Positions 40,931-51,359 of a stretch of 64,000 nt of DNA are shown here, piece after piece; the first letter of the stretch is position 1, and each line of letters starts with the position of its first letter. This DNA comes from an uncultured candidate division Zixibacteria bacterium (lineage in GTDB: Bacteria; Zixibacteria; MSB-5A5; GN15; FEB-12). Made by a program: the position numbers and the translations under genes. The stretch is taken from the NCBI GenBank assembly GCA_963806185.1, contig CAWDXE010000005.1, positions 227,737-291,736 on the forward strand. The letters run 5' to 3'. A model generated the notes under the pieces. The model did not search any database. It saw only the letters and a program-made list of their open reading frames with translations, and was not told the DNA's origin.

Positions 40931-42237
40931 AACGACTTTATTTTCGGATATCCTTCGGCGTTTTTGTCGTTCTCGGCATTTCCTTCTTTCTTCCGGGCGT
41001 AGTGCTCCGCGTATTTGAATCGCCCGAAAACCGTAAAGCGGCGCCGCAAGTGTCTCAGGCCACGCTCGAGATGCTAAAAAATCGGCTCGACGGCATCCCG
41101 GCCGATCAACTGTCTCAACAAATCGATTCCCTCTCCCTGCTCCTCGGCTATCCGCTGGCCATCGAGGATGCCGATCGCCCCATGGTGCCGGATCGCGAGT
41201 TTGACCGCGCGGATCCCAATGGACCGGGCTCGCATTCCCGTCCCGGACCTCCGATGATGATCAAACTGGAGAAGAGCAATAAGTTGCTGATCGTACATCC
41301 GAATGACCGTTTTCGCCGGCCGGCCGTCGCCGCACTCGCCGTCCTGGTGACTATCATGCTCCTGATCACGAGCGTGGCCGGCTTCATCATGGTAGCGCCG
41401 TTGATGAAGAATCTGCGCCGGCTGGAGACGGCCGCGACCCGATTCGGGGAGGGAGATTTGGCGGCTCGTGCCGGCGTGTCTTCTGGAAGTGCGGTCGGCG
41501 ACGTGGCGAAGCAATTCAATGTCATGGCCGACGGCATTCAGCAGATGATCGAACGGGAACGCCAACTGCTTCAGGCTGTGTCCCATGAATTGCGTACGCC
41601 GATCGCCCGACTTCGCTTCAGCCTGGACCTCCTGCGGAATTCCAACACGCAGCCCGAGTCGAACCGGCACATGCTGGAAATTGACGATGAAATTGAAGAG
41701 ATCGACTCGATGGTCTCGGAATTGATTGACTACAACAGGCTCAACTCAACGCAGGCCCAGTTGCATATTGAGCGCATCGACGCTGCGCAGCTCATCGACG
41801 AGGTTATCGAGCGGCTCCGGCAGTTTCACTCGGGCATTGCCGTGGAAGTCAAAACGACCGGTGAGCGACCCTATGTACTTCTGGCCGATCCCATCAAATG
41901 CCGGAGCGCGATTCAGAATTTGCTGCTCAATGCATTGCGCTATGCCCACAGCCGCGTGGTGGTGCATTGCGAGCGTTGCGACGGGGCCCTGTGCATCGCC
42001 GTCTCCGACGACGGCTCCGGAATCCCCGATGCCGAGCGTGAGCGAATCTTCCAGCCGTTCGTCAGGGTCGACGACAGCCGCAGCAAAGAATCGGGCGGCG
42101 TCGGGCTGGGACTGGCTATCGTGCACCGCATCATGCAACTTCACGGCGGATCGGTGACGGTCGAACCGGCCGAAATCGGCGGCGCGAAGTTTGTGACGAT
42201 CTGGCCTGATACCACCACGCCGGCAGCAGGAAACTAG
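40927..42237 (+). CDS. Sensor histidine kinase (RstB-like)
   Basis: Two TM segments, HAMP, AVSHELRTPIARLRF H-box, NALRYA, DDGSGI and GGVGLGL motifs. Confidence 0.93.
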   Translation: MKRLYFRISFGVFVVLGISFFLPGVVLRVFESPENRKAAPQVSQATLEMLKNRLDGIPADQLSQQIDSLSLLLGYPLAIEDADRPMVPDREFDRADPNGPGSHSRPGPPMMIKLEKSNKLLIVHPNDRFRRPAVAALAVLVTIMLLITSVAGFIMVAPLMKNLRRLETAATRFGEGDLAARAGVSSGSAVGDVAKQFNVMADGIQQMIERERQLLQAVSHELRTPIARLRFSLDLLRNSNTQPESNRHMLEIDDEIEEIDSMVSELIDYNRLNSTQAQLHIERIDAAQLIDEVIERLRQFHSGIAVEVKTTGERPYVLLADPIKCRSAIQNLLLNALRYAHSRVVVHCERCDGALCIAVSDDGSGIPDAERERIFQPFVRVDDSRSKESGGVGLGLAIVHRIMQLHGGSVTVEPAEIGGAKFVTIWPDTTTPAAGN

Positions 42238-42412
42238 CCGGTTGCGCCTTCCGCCCAACTCCGGTTGACTCACTCATTTTTTCCAACACAGATCTCGACC
42301 GCGCGAGCATGTGGATATATATTCCGGAAGCAGGTGTGCGCAGAAATATCCGAACAACCATCGGACTCGTTACGTACACAGGTGTTTACTAAAACAATTG
42401 AAGGAATAGCCC

Positions 42413-44851
42413 ATGAGCGCACTGACATTATCGAGCCGTCGGACACTTCTTGCGATATTTTTCATCCTGATTTCATGCATAACAATTGCGTCGGCCCAGA
42501 CCCCTGTCACCCTGCCTCCACGCGTGACGATCAGCGGAACGGTGTACGACATCGAAACGCACGAGCCGGTACCGTTTGCGACCGTTCACCTGCTGAACAC
42601 GGGACGCACCGCTACCGCCAATGACCGCGGGCAATTCCGCCTGGTGACGGCGCCGGGAGATTCGTGTCAGCTCAAGTTCAGCCATGTGGCCTATTACTCC
42701 GACCAACTCACGCTCATCGCGCCCGATACCAATGTCGTTCAGGACATTTCCCTCCGCCCCACCATGGTCGTACTCAACACGATCCGTGTGACCGCAGGGA
42801 ATAACGATCCGGGCGAGGCGATCATTCTCGAGGCCATCAAGCGCAAGCAGGAGATCCTGAATCGGCTGCACGATTACCGCTTCGACGCCTATACGAAACT
42901 GGTGGTGCGGGATAAAAAGAAACCCGACTCGGCCAGTATCATCCTGATCACGGAGTCACAGGTCTCCAGTTTCTGGGAGAGACCGGACCATTACAAGGAA
43001 ACCATTACGCTTCGCCGGCAGACAAAAAATCTCCCACCCGACGCCAATCTCGTGGCCGTCGGCGATATCCTGAATTTCAACAAGGATCGCATTGACCTGG
43101 GCGACGAGCAGGTGGTTTCCCCCACCGCGCACGACGCACTCGATCACTATCGTTACTATTTGCTGGATACCCTGTTCATAGACAGCGCACGCGTCTTTGT
43201 CCTGGACGTGGAGCCGCGATCCGACGTCAACCCGCTCTTCGTGGGACGGATTCAGATTGTCGATTCTACGTTCGACGTCGTCGGTGTGGACTTCGGCTTC
43301 AACGCGGCGTTCCATCCGCCGATGGCTTCGAATCTGCGCTATGCTCAGCGCTTCGCGCTGTTCCACGAAAAGTACTGGATGCCGGTCGAAATCCACTTCT
43401 CCGGTGAAGTCGACCTGCCCTTCCCGATACCCGGCGTCCCCCGCGAAATGACGTTCGCCCATGTAGCTTCGCTCAACAGCTACCGGTTTGAAGAAGGAAC
43501 ACCGAAGGGGACCTTTGGTGAGGTAGCGGCGGAGGTCGCACCGCAGGCCGATCGCATTGATACCACTGCGTGGGCGGTGGGACAGACGATTCCCCTGACG
43601 GATAATGAGAAGCAGGGGTATACGCGCATTGATTCAATTGAAAGCCGGCCGAAGCCGCTGGCCAAGCAGCTCATTCGCCTCCTTTTCGCGATTCCTTTGA
43701 TCGCCTCGACACAGGATCAGTTCTTCCACTTCAATCGGGTTGAAGGAACCTACGTCGGGCTGGGCGGGACACTACGACCGAATCCGAGACTCAGTATCGG
43801 CCTGCGCGGCGGATATGCCTTTGAAACGGACCGGGGGCAATATGAGGGTAGTCTGTCGTACCTGCTGTGGAAGCCGCAAGCGGTGCAGATACAGATGACG
43901 TATCACCAGCGCGTCGTGCACCGACCCGCGCTCTATTACAGCGGAAACGAAAGCATGACGCTACCCGCGCTGATCGACGGGTCCGATCCGTTTGATTACT
44001 ACAACGAGCGCGGCTATCACTTTCAGGTGTCGGGAAAACTGGTCAACCACACCCGACTGGTGCTGGGCTATCATCATTATCGCCAGACATCGTTGGAACG
44101 AAAAACCGACTACACCCTGTTCGATCCGACCTACCCGATCCGGGACAACCCGCCAATCGCCGACGGCAGTTTGCGTGCCGTGTCGGCGGAGTTTCGGTAC
44201 GACACGCGACCGATGTTCCGCCTGAAGGGACGCGACGTCTATGCCAATGCGTTCGTGTACACGCAATTCAGCGTTGGCGTGGAGCGGTCGTCACCGGATC
44301 TGCTCGACAGCGATTTCAGCTACACCCGGTTCAGTGCTCGCTTGTATCGCCGTCAGAACACGCTCGGACTCGGTCAGACCTCGTTTCTGGCGAACGCCGG
44401 CGTAGGCACTCGTTTCCTGCCGCCGCAGCGGTATTTCGGCATCACGTTCAGCCCGATGAGCAACTATCAGAGAGACGGTTTCCAGACGCTCGACGGCCGC
44501 AATTTCGGCGGAAGCACGGCGCTCTCGATGGCGATGGAACACGATTTCGGAACCCGCCTGTTTCGGTGGAGCGGCCTGCCGTTGATCAAGCGACTACCGT
44601 TCGAGCTGAGTATTCACGGCGGCGTCTTCTGGACTGATTTCGGTTTGCTCTGGGGTGACTTCAATCGCCACGAATATTTTCCGGGTGACGAGAACGTCCG
44701 AACGGCGCGCACAGCGTACAGCGAAATCGGCTTTGGCCTGGCGCGACTGGCCCCCTTCCTGGGACCGTTCAATCTTCAGTTTCTCGCCACATGGCAACTG
44801 TCGGTGTATGACACCAACAGGTTTGCCATCTCGTGGGAATTGGGGCTATAG
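42413..44851 (+). CDS. Carboxypeptidase-regulatory-domain + DUF5686 outer-membrane protein
   Basis: Signal peptide; ISGTVYD..PVPFATV N-domain; SP...ALDHYRY and FNRVEG motifs; beta-strand C-terminus. Confidence 0.8.
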   Translation: MSALTLSSRRTLLAIFFILISCITIASAQTPVTLPPRVTISGTVYDIETHEPVPFATVHLLNTGRTATANDRGQFRLVTAPGDSCQLKFSHVAYYSDQLTLIAPDTNVVQDISLRPTMVVLNTIRVTAGNNDPGEAIILEAIKRKQEILNRLHDYRFDAYTKLVVRDKKKPDSASIILITESQVSSFWERPDHYKETITLRRQTKNLPPDANLVAVGDILNFNKDRIDLGDEQVVSPTAHDALDHYRYYLLDTLFIDSARVFVLDVEPRSDVNPLFVGRIQIVDSTFDVVGVDFGFNAAFHPPMASNLRYAQRFALFHEKYWMPVEIHFSGEVDLPFPIPGVPREMTFAHVASLNSYRFEEGTPKGTFGEVAAEVAPQADRIDTTAWAVGQTIPLTDNEKQGYTRIDSIESRPKPLAKQLIRLLFAIPLIASTQDQFFHFNRVEGTYVGLGGTLRPNPRLSIGLRGGYAFETDRGQYEGSLSYLLWKPQAVQIQMTYHQRVVHRPALYYSGNESMTLPALIDGSDPFDYYNERGYHFQVSGKLVNHTRLVLGYHHYRQTSLERKTDYTLFDPTYPIRDNPPIADGSLRAVSAEFRYDTRPMFRLKGRDVYANAFVYTQFSVGVERSSPDLLDSDFSYTRFSARLYRRQNTLGLGQTSFLANAGVGTRFLPPQRYFGITFSPMSNYQRDGFQTLDGRNFGGSTALSMAMEHDFGTRLFRWSGLPLIKRLPFELSIHGGVFWTDFGLLWGDFNRHEYFPGDENVRTARTAYSEIGFGLARLAPFLGPFNLQFLATWQLSVYDTNRFAISWELGL

Positions 44852-44859
44852 ATCTAAAT

Positions 44860-44970
44860 CAAGGGAAGAGAGTGGGAATAGCAGCCTTAGTGGACGGATG
44901 CCGGCAAATTTGTATTCCCACCCCCGTGGCCTTGAGTGTGCTCGTGTGCTCGTGTGTGCTCGAAGTCTAT
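44860..44970 (-). ncRNA. Candidate small RNA downstream of the PAS-LuxR gene
   Basis: Minus-strand TTGTCC-16-TACACT promoter; three GAGCACAC repeats; long closing hairpin whose G-U pairs favour the minus strand. Confidence 0.35.
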
Positions 44971-45106
44971 CGGCAGTGTAACTTATCATTGTAACCGGAC
45001 AAGGGGGTATGAAGGGGGGTCTTAAGGGTATGAACTATACCCCTATTTCACGAACCTAAGCAGACTTTTCAGGACAATGAAAGATAACGAGTTACGACGG
45101 ACTAAA

Positions 45107-47119
45107 TCAGTTACTGTTCGTCGGCCCGGCTTCCAGCTTGGCCAAAAAGTTGGCGAGACTCACCTTCTCGCTGTCAATTCCCAGCTTCCGTCGAATGATC
45201 TTGCGTTGCTTCACCACCGTCTGGACTGAGCTGTGGCGAAGTTCCGCGATCTGCTTACTGCCATACCCGCGACGGATCAGATTGCAGATTTCGATTTCTA
45301 CCGGCGTCAGTTGACGATATGCTGAATCAAGCGTCGCCGCAAACGGTGCGGTGATCTCACCAAGCGTCTGTTTGAGCAGCGTGACATAACGATTGGCGCG
45401 CGCGTCGAGCCGGCCCTCGAGATGGCTGATGATCGGCAGGACCACGCGCTCGATATTGGCCAGAATCTGCATAGCGGCATGATGGCGGCTTTCCTCGATC
45501 TGGGCGATCAATTCCTGCAAGACCAGATTTTTGCGTTCCAACGTCTCCCGCTCTATCTGCAATTGTTCGTTGGCGCGGGCCAGTTCCTCAGTGCGTTCTT
45601 CGACGCGCGCTTCGAGTTCGTGATGCGCCAGGCGCAGCTGTTCTTCGGCCGCCTTGCGTGTCGCAATATCAACGAGCACGCCGCGCAGTCCAACCGGGCC
45701 GTTGGGCCCGACAATCGGCTGGCTCGACGACTGCACCCAGCATAGTTCGCCCGATTTCGACTTCAAACGATATTCGCTGGGGTACAGGACACCGGCGAGG
45801 ACGTCCTTAAACGACTGGGTGAGCAATGGGATATCCTCGGAATGAAACAGCGGCCAGATCGGATGACCGATCACCTCCAGCGGGTCGTAGCCGAGAATGC
45901 GCTTGATCGCCGGGCTGACATACGTGAGGATACCGTCGCGGTCGACGCTGAAGAGTACGTCGTTTACATTCTCAACCAGGTCGCGATACGCCTCCCGCGA
46001 CTCGCGTAACTGGGCTTCGATCTGTTTCTGTTCGGTCATGTCGATCGTATGCACGAGCACGCGATTGGGCGGCAAGGGAACATAGTAGACCCGTAAGTGA
46101 GTTAGCACCGGCGACAGACGAAACTGGTAGGGCATCTCCCGTTCGATAATCACCTGTTGCGTGGCGCAGGTAAAGAGTTCCTCGATAATTTTCGGATCGC
46201 TCCGGTGCATCTCGATCGCCGGTTTGCCCATGAAGTGGGCGACGCCGCCGCCCGTAAAGGCGTAGGCGGCCGGGTTGTAGTCAACCAGCACCATCTGATC
46301 GCCCTGCAATTCCCATACATAGGTAGGCACCGGAATCGACTCGAACTGCACCCGAAATCGCTCTTCGCTCTGACTGATCCTCTCGAGAGCCTGCGCCTCC
46401 TGAGTGATGTCGCTCGCGAAGATAGCGAAGCTCTCCACGCAGTCGTCGTCGCCGATCACCGGCAGGAGACTGGTGTCGAGGATCCGTTCACCGCTCTTGA
46501 ACTGGAAGCGGGCAGGTTTTTGCGTGAAGAGTACTTCCACGAAGTATGGTGTTACCGTCGCGACCCAGTCGGGCGGGGCTATGTCCTGACCGGGCTTCCC
46601 GATCACGTCGTTGCGGGGACGTCCAAACCAGGCGGCGGCAGGTTCATTCAAATCGTGAATGATGCCGGAGGTATCGGCAAGGATCATGATGCTGGTCGAC
46701 GAACTCATGATGGCGCTGGCGATCTGCTGGCTATGGCGGACGGCATCCGCGAGGGACCGCGCATCGGTGACGTCGCGAAGAATAGCGGCCGCATGGGTGA
46801 TGACGTCGCCGTCGCGAATCGGGAAGAAATGCGCTTCGATCTCGACCGACCGGCCGCCGCTGTCAATCGTGTTCACTTTGGAGTGAGGCTCGCCGGTGTC
46901 GAAGACCTGCTGAAAGTAGTTGCCGGCAAAGTCCCTGATGACGGGGATAACTTCGAGCAACGGTCGGCCGATCGGGTCATCGACCTTGATACCGCCAGCC
47001 GCGATCAATTTATGATAGGCCTTATTCGCAAGGGCAAAGCGGAGGTCGCGATCGACAACACAGAGGGGAATATCGATAGCATCCAGGGCAAGGGCGGCGA
47101 TTTTTGAGTCAATGCTCAT
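45107..47119 (-). CDS. Multi-PAS, LuxR-type HTH transcriptional regulator
   Basis: About four PAS domains, a coiled coil (LEARVEERTEEL) and C-terminal LTPVEIEICNLIRRGYGSKQIA...RKIIRRKLGI. Confidence 0.9.
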   Translation of the reverse strand: MSIDSKIAALALDAIDIPLCVVDRDLRFALANKAYHKLIAAGGIKVDDPIGRPLLEVIPVIRDFAGNYFQQVFDTGEPHSKVNTIDSGGRSVEIEAHFFPIRDGDVITHAAAILRDVTDARSLADAVRHSQQIASAIMSSSTSIMILADTSGIIHDLNEPAAAWFGRPRNDVIGKPGQDIAPPDWVATVTPYFVEVLFTQKPARFQFKSGERILDTSLLPVIGDDDCVESFAIFASDITQEAQALERISQSEERFRVQFESIPVPTYVWELQGDQMVLVDYNPAAYAFTGGGVAHFMGKPAIEMHRSDPKIIEELFTCATQQVIIEREMPYQFRLSPVLTHLRVYYVPLPPNRVLVHTIDMTEQKQIEAQLRESREAYRDLVENVNDVLFSVDRDGILTYVSPAIKRILGYDPLEVIGHPIWPLFHSEDIPLLTQSFKDVLAGVLYPSEYRLKSKSGELCWVQSSSQPIVGPNGPVGLRGVLVDIATRKAAEEQLRLAHHELEARVEERTEELARANEQLQIERETLERKNLVLQELIAQIEESRHHAAMQILANIERVVLPIISHLEGRLDARANRYVTLLKQTLGEITAPFAATLDSAYRQLTPVEIEICNLIRRGYGSKQIAELRHSSVQTVVKQRKIIRRKLGIDSEKVSLANFLAKLEAGPTNSN

Positions 47120-47227
47120 AAAATTCGACAGTCATCCGACCCACGGCCGGACGATGGCACACACTTGGGGGTAAGGAGCGCAATTTTGCCGGTTTCGGCA
47201 AGGGGGATCGTTGTGTCAGCGAATGCC

Positions 47228-47267
47228 CTACCGGCCCTCACCCCAACCCACTCCCAGAGGGAGAGGG
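47228..47267. repeat. CCCTCACCC-type palindromic repeat
   Basis: CCCTCACCCCAACCCACTCCC-aga-GGGAGAGGG; relatives at 51524-51558 and (inverted) 52085-52119. Confidence 0.7.
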
Positions 47268-47274
47268 AGTTGAA

Positions 47275-47375
47275 GTAGGGCGGAACTCTCTTGCGGCGAT
47301 CACAGCCTCTGGTGATCGAGATCGTATTTGCCCAATCAGCATTCCTTTAATAAACGAAAGGGAGTTCCGCCCTAC
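47275..47375. repeat. Isolated REPIN-like unit (GTAGGGCGGAACTC inverted termini)
   Basis: 101 bp with 14-bp perfect terminal inverted repeats; the interior resembles the reverse complement of the units at 55680-56033. Confidence 0.85.
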
Positions 47376-47632
47376 GTTCTGACAGACGGCACAGGGCGAT
47401 TCGTGGGTGCAGGGTGTATGTCAAGATTCTCAAAGTGTATGTCGGGCCACCCGCGCGACAGCAACGCCGAAAGCGTCGATACCCGAGTCTGAAAAAACGA
47501 CAGGGTACAACGCGAGAGGATTCCGGTGCGAAAAAAAACGGCTCTTCGGGGGAACGGGGCGAAGGGTCAGGAGGTTGGTGACGGCGGGTCCATAGGTGTG
47601 TGGGGTGTGGGGTGGGTTTTAAACAGTGTGTC

Positions 47633-48182
47633 CTATATATAGGGCCCCGATCCGCATTTTGTAGCGAAGTGGTAGTGCAAAACTTTGCGACTGACAGAGA
47701 TTGACAGGGAAATGCGGTCTAGTCGGACGGGTCGAGCCAGTGGCCTGGCTTTGCCGGTTTTCTGATTGAATTCCCATATCTCCACGTCAGATGGAATGAG
47801 ATGTCGGTGAGTGCGGACGTAGTATTCGCCCAGCGTTTCTTTAGTGACGGTATTAATATCCAAAAGGACAAAAAGCAGTTTTCGGTACCCCGACGGCGCG
47901 GCATGGAAGAGAAACATCGCCTGATCCCAGGTTGTCATCTTAGCGCTGGGCATGCGACCGGATTTCGGTCCAGGTGTGGCTCTTGCATTCGACGAGTATG
48001 CGCTTGTGAGCGTCGCCCAAATCGAACTTATGGGGTTTCTTGATCTTGCCGACGCCGATAGACAGGGACAGATTTGGGGTCAACTTCACGCCGAGTCGTG
48101 CGCAGTAGCGCATGATTCGGGATTCGAAGTCGCGCCCGACGTGTGAGTTGCTGATTGCGCCATTTCGCTGGAAATTTGCCAT
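47633..48182 (-). CDS. Putative PD-(D/E)XK nuclease-fold protein (one frameshift near 47950)
   Basis: GRDFE...HKFDLG...ILVECKS motif order; continues in another frame as PSAKMTTWDQAM...EIWEF. Confidence 0.6.
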
Positions 48183-48383
48183 AGCCGCCGTCCTTTCGTC
48201 GGTTGTGCATAGTATCGGCAGGAGGGGGAAAGAACGAGACACAGGGTCGACGGCGATGCGGGAGGGTGCGGGGTTTGCGATATGCTGCCGGCTAAAAGGA
48301 CTTGCTAAGCCCGGCACCAAATCTATACTTGTGTCATACATAAGATGCAATTTGTTACCCTACTCTTATCGAAGATGTAACCA

Positions 48384-50531
48384 ATGCCGACAGACAGTGG
48401 CACCCCTCAAGCGAATCCAGAACCCAAGCTCCCTAGCCAAGTGTTCTTAGAACGGGTACTCCCTGGAATTCGACGACTACTTGGCGAAAAACTGTATTAC
48501 ATCATTGGTTGTCTCGTTGTCCTTTATGGTCTGCTTTTCTGGCTGTTGCCACCACTTTGGAATGCAACCGCAGATTTCCGGTATGAACTCATAAACAGAA
48601 TTCCCCAAGCCAATCCCAAGCATTTCACCGTTGCAATATCAGAGCTTGTGAGCGATACGGCGAACGTCATGCAGAAGCAGATCCGCTATGGATTAAATGC
48701 AATTGAAAGTATGGATGGAGTCGACTTGATCCTGATTCCACGCAAGGTGCAAGATGATTCGAGGATTCAGTCGGAGCATTTCGAGAATTGTAAGAAGAAG
48801 GCACAAGAGCTGCTCACACAATGTAACGCGGACATGTTGATATACGGAGATCGATTGAGCGCATCAACAGCCCAATTGACGCTGTGTGCAAGTACCGCTC
48901 TAGAAGTTAAGACTGGCAAATTTACTCTGAGCAGTGAACTTGATTTGCCGCCGATGATGGTGTCCGACCTTAACGAAGTTCTTCAAGCGTCAATCTATGC
49001 GCGTCTTTCAGAGTTTGCGGATGAGGACGCGTTCGTGGCGGACAAATTGATTCCGGTAGTAGACAAATTTCGTCAACTACTGGAATCTTCTAAGTTCGTC
49101 CGAGTTGAGGCTGCTCCTGCGCTGCATTTTGCGTATGCCAACTGCCTCGTGACAATTGGCGATCAAACCGGAAACTTCAGTCCGCTTCGCGAAGGCATAG
49201 CTGCATACAAATCGCTCATTGACAGTGTTGGTGCGGAGCTTCCGATATATCTCTGGTCAGATCTTCAACAGTCCTACGGAGTCGCCTTATTACTATTGGG
49301 ACAAAGAGAAACGAATAATTCAACCATCGACTCCGCCATAGCTACACTTCGTCGATCCCTACAAACGTATTCGCGTGATCGTCAGCCAGTTGATTGGCGG
49401 GAACCCTACCGTCTTGGCTGGGCTCTACAGGTAGCGGGGGAACGCGAAATCCACAATGACAAGTTGTTTGAGTCGATCAACGTGTTTTCCGGTGCCGAAC
49501 AAGTGTTCGGAGGGTTGGGAATGAACGATGCACTTGCGACGATCGAAAACAGCAAGGGAAATGCGCTGATGAGTATCTGCGAGCGCCAAGTAGAGAAGGA
49601 AGGTGTCCTGCGAGCCATAGAAACGTACAAGAGAGCGTTGACCCGACTGAGAAGATCCGAGGTTCCACTGTTTTGGGCTCAGGTGAGGAGCAACTTGGGG
49701 AACGGCTATCTGCGTTTAGCAGAGCGCACGGGCGATTCAGCTCATCTCCGTACTGCAATTACATGCTATGAAGATGCACTCCAGGAGTGGCATCGTTCGA
49801 CCGTACCACTCAAGTGGGCTATGGCGAAATGCAACTTGGGATACGCGTACTGGCGTCTTTCCGAGAGGAAGTCCGATTCAACATATTTGAGAAGAGCGCA
49901 TACTTATTTGGAAGAATCGCTCACCGAGGCCAGATTGGAGAGAGATTCATCTCTTTGGGCGAAAGCGGAAATGATGCTTGCCACTGTTACCGATTGCTTT
50001 GGAAACTACGATACGACCACTCAATATCAAGAGCGCGCCATAGGAATCTATCGGGCAGCTCTAGATGTGATCTCTAGACAGAGCATGAGCTATTATTGGG
50101 CGACCGCGAAGAAGGGTCTGGGCTGCGCTTTGCAACAACAAGGAGAGCACAATCGAGATACAGTGCTCCTGTTTGAATCGATAGATGCTTTTCATGAGGC
50201 CTTATCGGAGATGTCCTTGGAACGTGCACCTCTCTATTGGGCCACAGTGCAGAATGATCTTGGTACGTCATACAAGTCCCTCGCATGGATAACAAATAGG
50301 AGAGATTATTCCTTCGAAAGCCTCGCAGCATGTCTGCGGGCTTGGGGTGTGCTTGTCGCTGGGGATAACTATATGTCGCAAACGGCCTGTTACAATATTG
50401 AGTCGATCTCAGACTACTTCAACCTCAGTCTAGATGAAGCAGCAACGTATTTCAATCCTGAAGATGCAAAAGTGCTTGCGAAATATCGCGAATGGAGAAG
50501 TCAGAGCAACGTTAACTGTGATTCTGTCTGA
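48384..50531 (+). CDS. Membrane-anchored TPR-repeat protein
   Basis: One N-terminal TM; repeats of the type PLxWAxxxxNLGxxY...AIxxYxxAL; visibly more AT-rich than its neighbours. Confidence 0.8.
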   Translation: MPTDSGTPQANPEPKLPSQVFLERVLPGIRRLLGEKLYYIIGCLVVLYGLLFWLLPPLWNATADFRYELINRIPQANPKHFTVAISELVSDTANVMQKQIRYGLNAIESMDGVDLILIPRKVQDDSRIQSEHFENCKKKAQELLTQCNADMLIYGDRLSASTAQLTLCASTALEVKTGKFTLSSELDLPPMMVSDLNEVLQASIYARLSEFADEDAFVADKLIPVVDKFRQLLESSKFVRVEAAPALHFAYANCLVTIGDQTGNFSPLREGIAAYKSLIDSVGAELPIYLWSDLQQSYGVALLLLGQRETNNSTIDSAIATLRRSLQTYSRDRQPVDWREPYRLGWALQVAGEREIHNDKLFESINVFSGAEQVFGGLGMNDALATIENSKGNALMSICERQVEKEGVLRAIETYKRALTRLRRSEVPLFWAQVRSNLGNGYLRLAERTGDSAHLRTAITCYEDALQEWHRSTVPLKWAMAKCNLGYAYWRLSERKSDSTYLRRAHTYLEESLTEARLERDSSLWAKAEMMLATVTDCFGNYDTTTQYQERAIGIYRAALDVISRQSMSYYWATAKKGLGCALQQQGEHNRDTVLLFESIDAFHEALSEMSLERAPLYWATVQNDLGTSYKSLAWITNRRDYSFESLAACLRAWGVLVAGDNYMSQTACYNIESISDYFNLSLDEAATYFNPEDAKVLAKYREWRSQSNVNCDSV

Positions 50532-50592
50532 CGCGCCCTCGCGAACGCAGAATGTGAACCCAACCAGTATCGAGCCCCCCTATCTTCCCCCC

Positions 50593-51345
50593 ATGTCCCG
50601 CATTGCATGGACCCACTCCACCTGGAACCCCGTCACCGGATGTTCCAAAGTCTCGCCCGGGTGTGAACACTGCTATGCCGAGCGGATGGCCCGGCGACTC
50701 CATGCCATCGGCGTCGCCAAATACCGCAACGGGTTCGAGGTCACCCTCCACGACGACGTCCTGTCCGCCCCCCTGCGCTGGCGCAAACCGCAAATCATTT
50801 TCGTCAACTCGATGTCGGACCTCTTTCACGACCGGGTGCCGTTTGAGTTTGTCGAAAAGATTTTCGACGTCATGCGGCGGTCGCCCCAGCACGTCTTTCA
50901 GATTCTCACCAAGCGGTCCAAAAAACTGGTGCGCGTCGCGCCCAAACTGGTCTGGCCGGAAAATGTCTGGATGGGGGTGACCGTCGAGAGCGCCACCTAC
51001 CGGTTCCGCATCGATGATCTTCGCAAAGTAGGCGCGAACGTCCGGTTCCTGTCGCTGGAGCCGCTGTTGGGGCCGCTGGGCGATATCGATCTGAGCGGGA
51101 TCGACTGGGCGATTGTCGGCGGCGAGTCGGGGCCGGGAGCGCGGCCGATGAAGCGCGAGTGGGTGGTGGATATTCGTCGGCAGTGTCGCGAACAGAAAAC
51201 GCATTTCTTTTTCAAGCAGTGGGGAGGCGTGAACAAGAAGCGGGCGGGGCGGGTGCTCGATGGTCGCATCTACGACGCCATGCCGCCGTTGCGTGCGGCC
51301 GGCGAAGGATTGGGGGAACTGGAGTTGCCGCTGGTGGAGGGGTGA
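50593..51345 (+). CDS. DUF5131 / phage Gp37-Gp68 family protein
   Basis: WNPVTGCSKVSPGCEHCYA, FVNSMSDLFH, LTKR, FLSLEPLLG, VGGESG and FFFKQWGG motifs. Confidence 0.92.
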   Translation: MSRIAWTHSTWNPVTGCSKVSPGCEHCYAERMARRLHAIGVAKYRNGFEVTLHDDVLSAPLRWRKPQIIFVNSMSDLFHDRVPFEFVEKIFDVMRRSPQHVFQILTKRSKKLVRVAPKLVWPENVWMGVTVESATYRFRIDDLRKVGANVRFLSLEPLLGPLGDIDLSGIDWAIVGGESGPGARPMKREWVVDIRRQCREQKTHFFFKQWGGVNKKRAGRVLDGRIYDAMPPLRAAGEGLGELELPLVEG

Positions 51346-51359
51346 GAAGGGTCTTACTC

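Noticed and set aside
47376..47632. G-rich tract (GGGGTGTGGGGTGGG) and small hairpins as an ncRNA or G-quadruplex
   Set aside because: Only three full G-runs; no promoter/terminator frame or nested structure I can support.
50593..51345. Prophage, based on the Gp37/Gp68 family name
   Set aside because: No integrase, structural or replication phage genes in the window.
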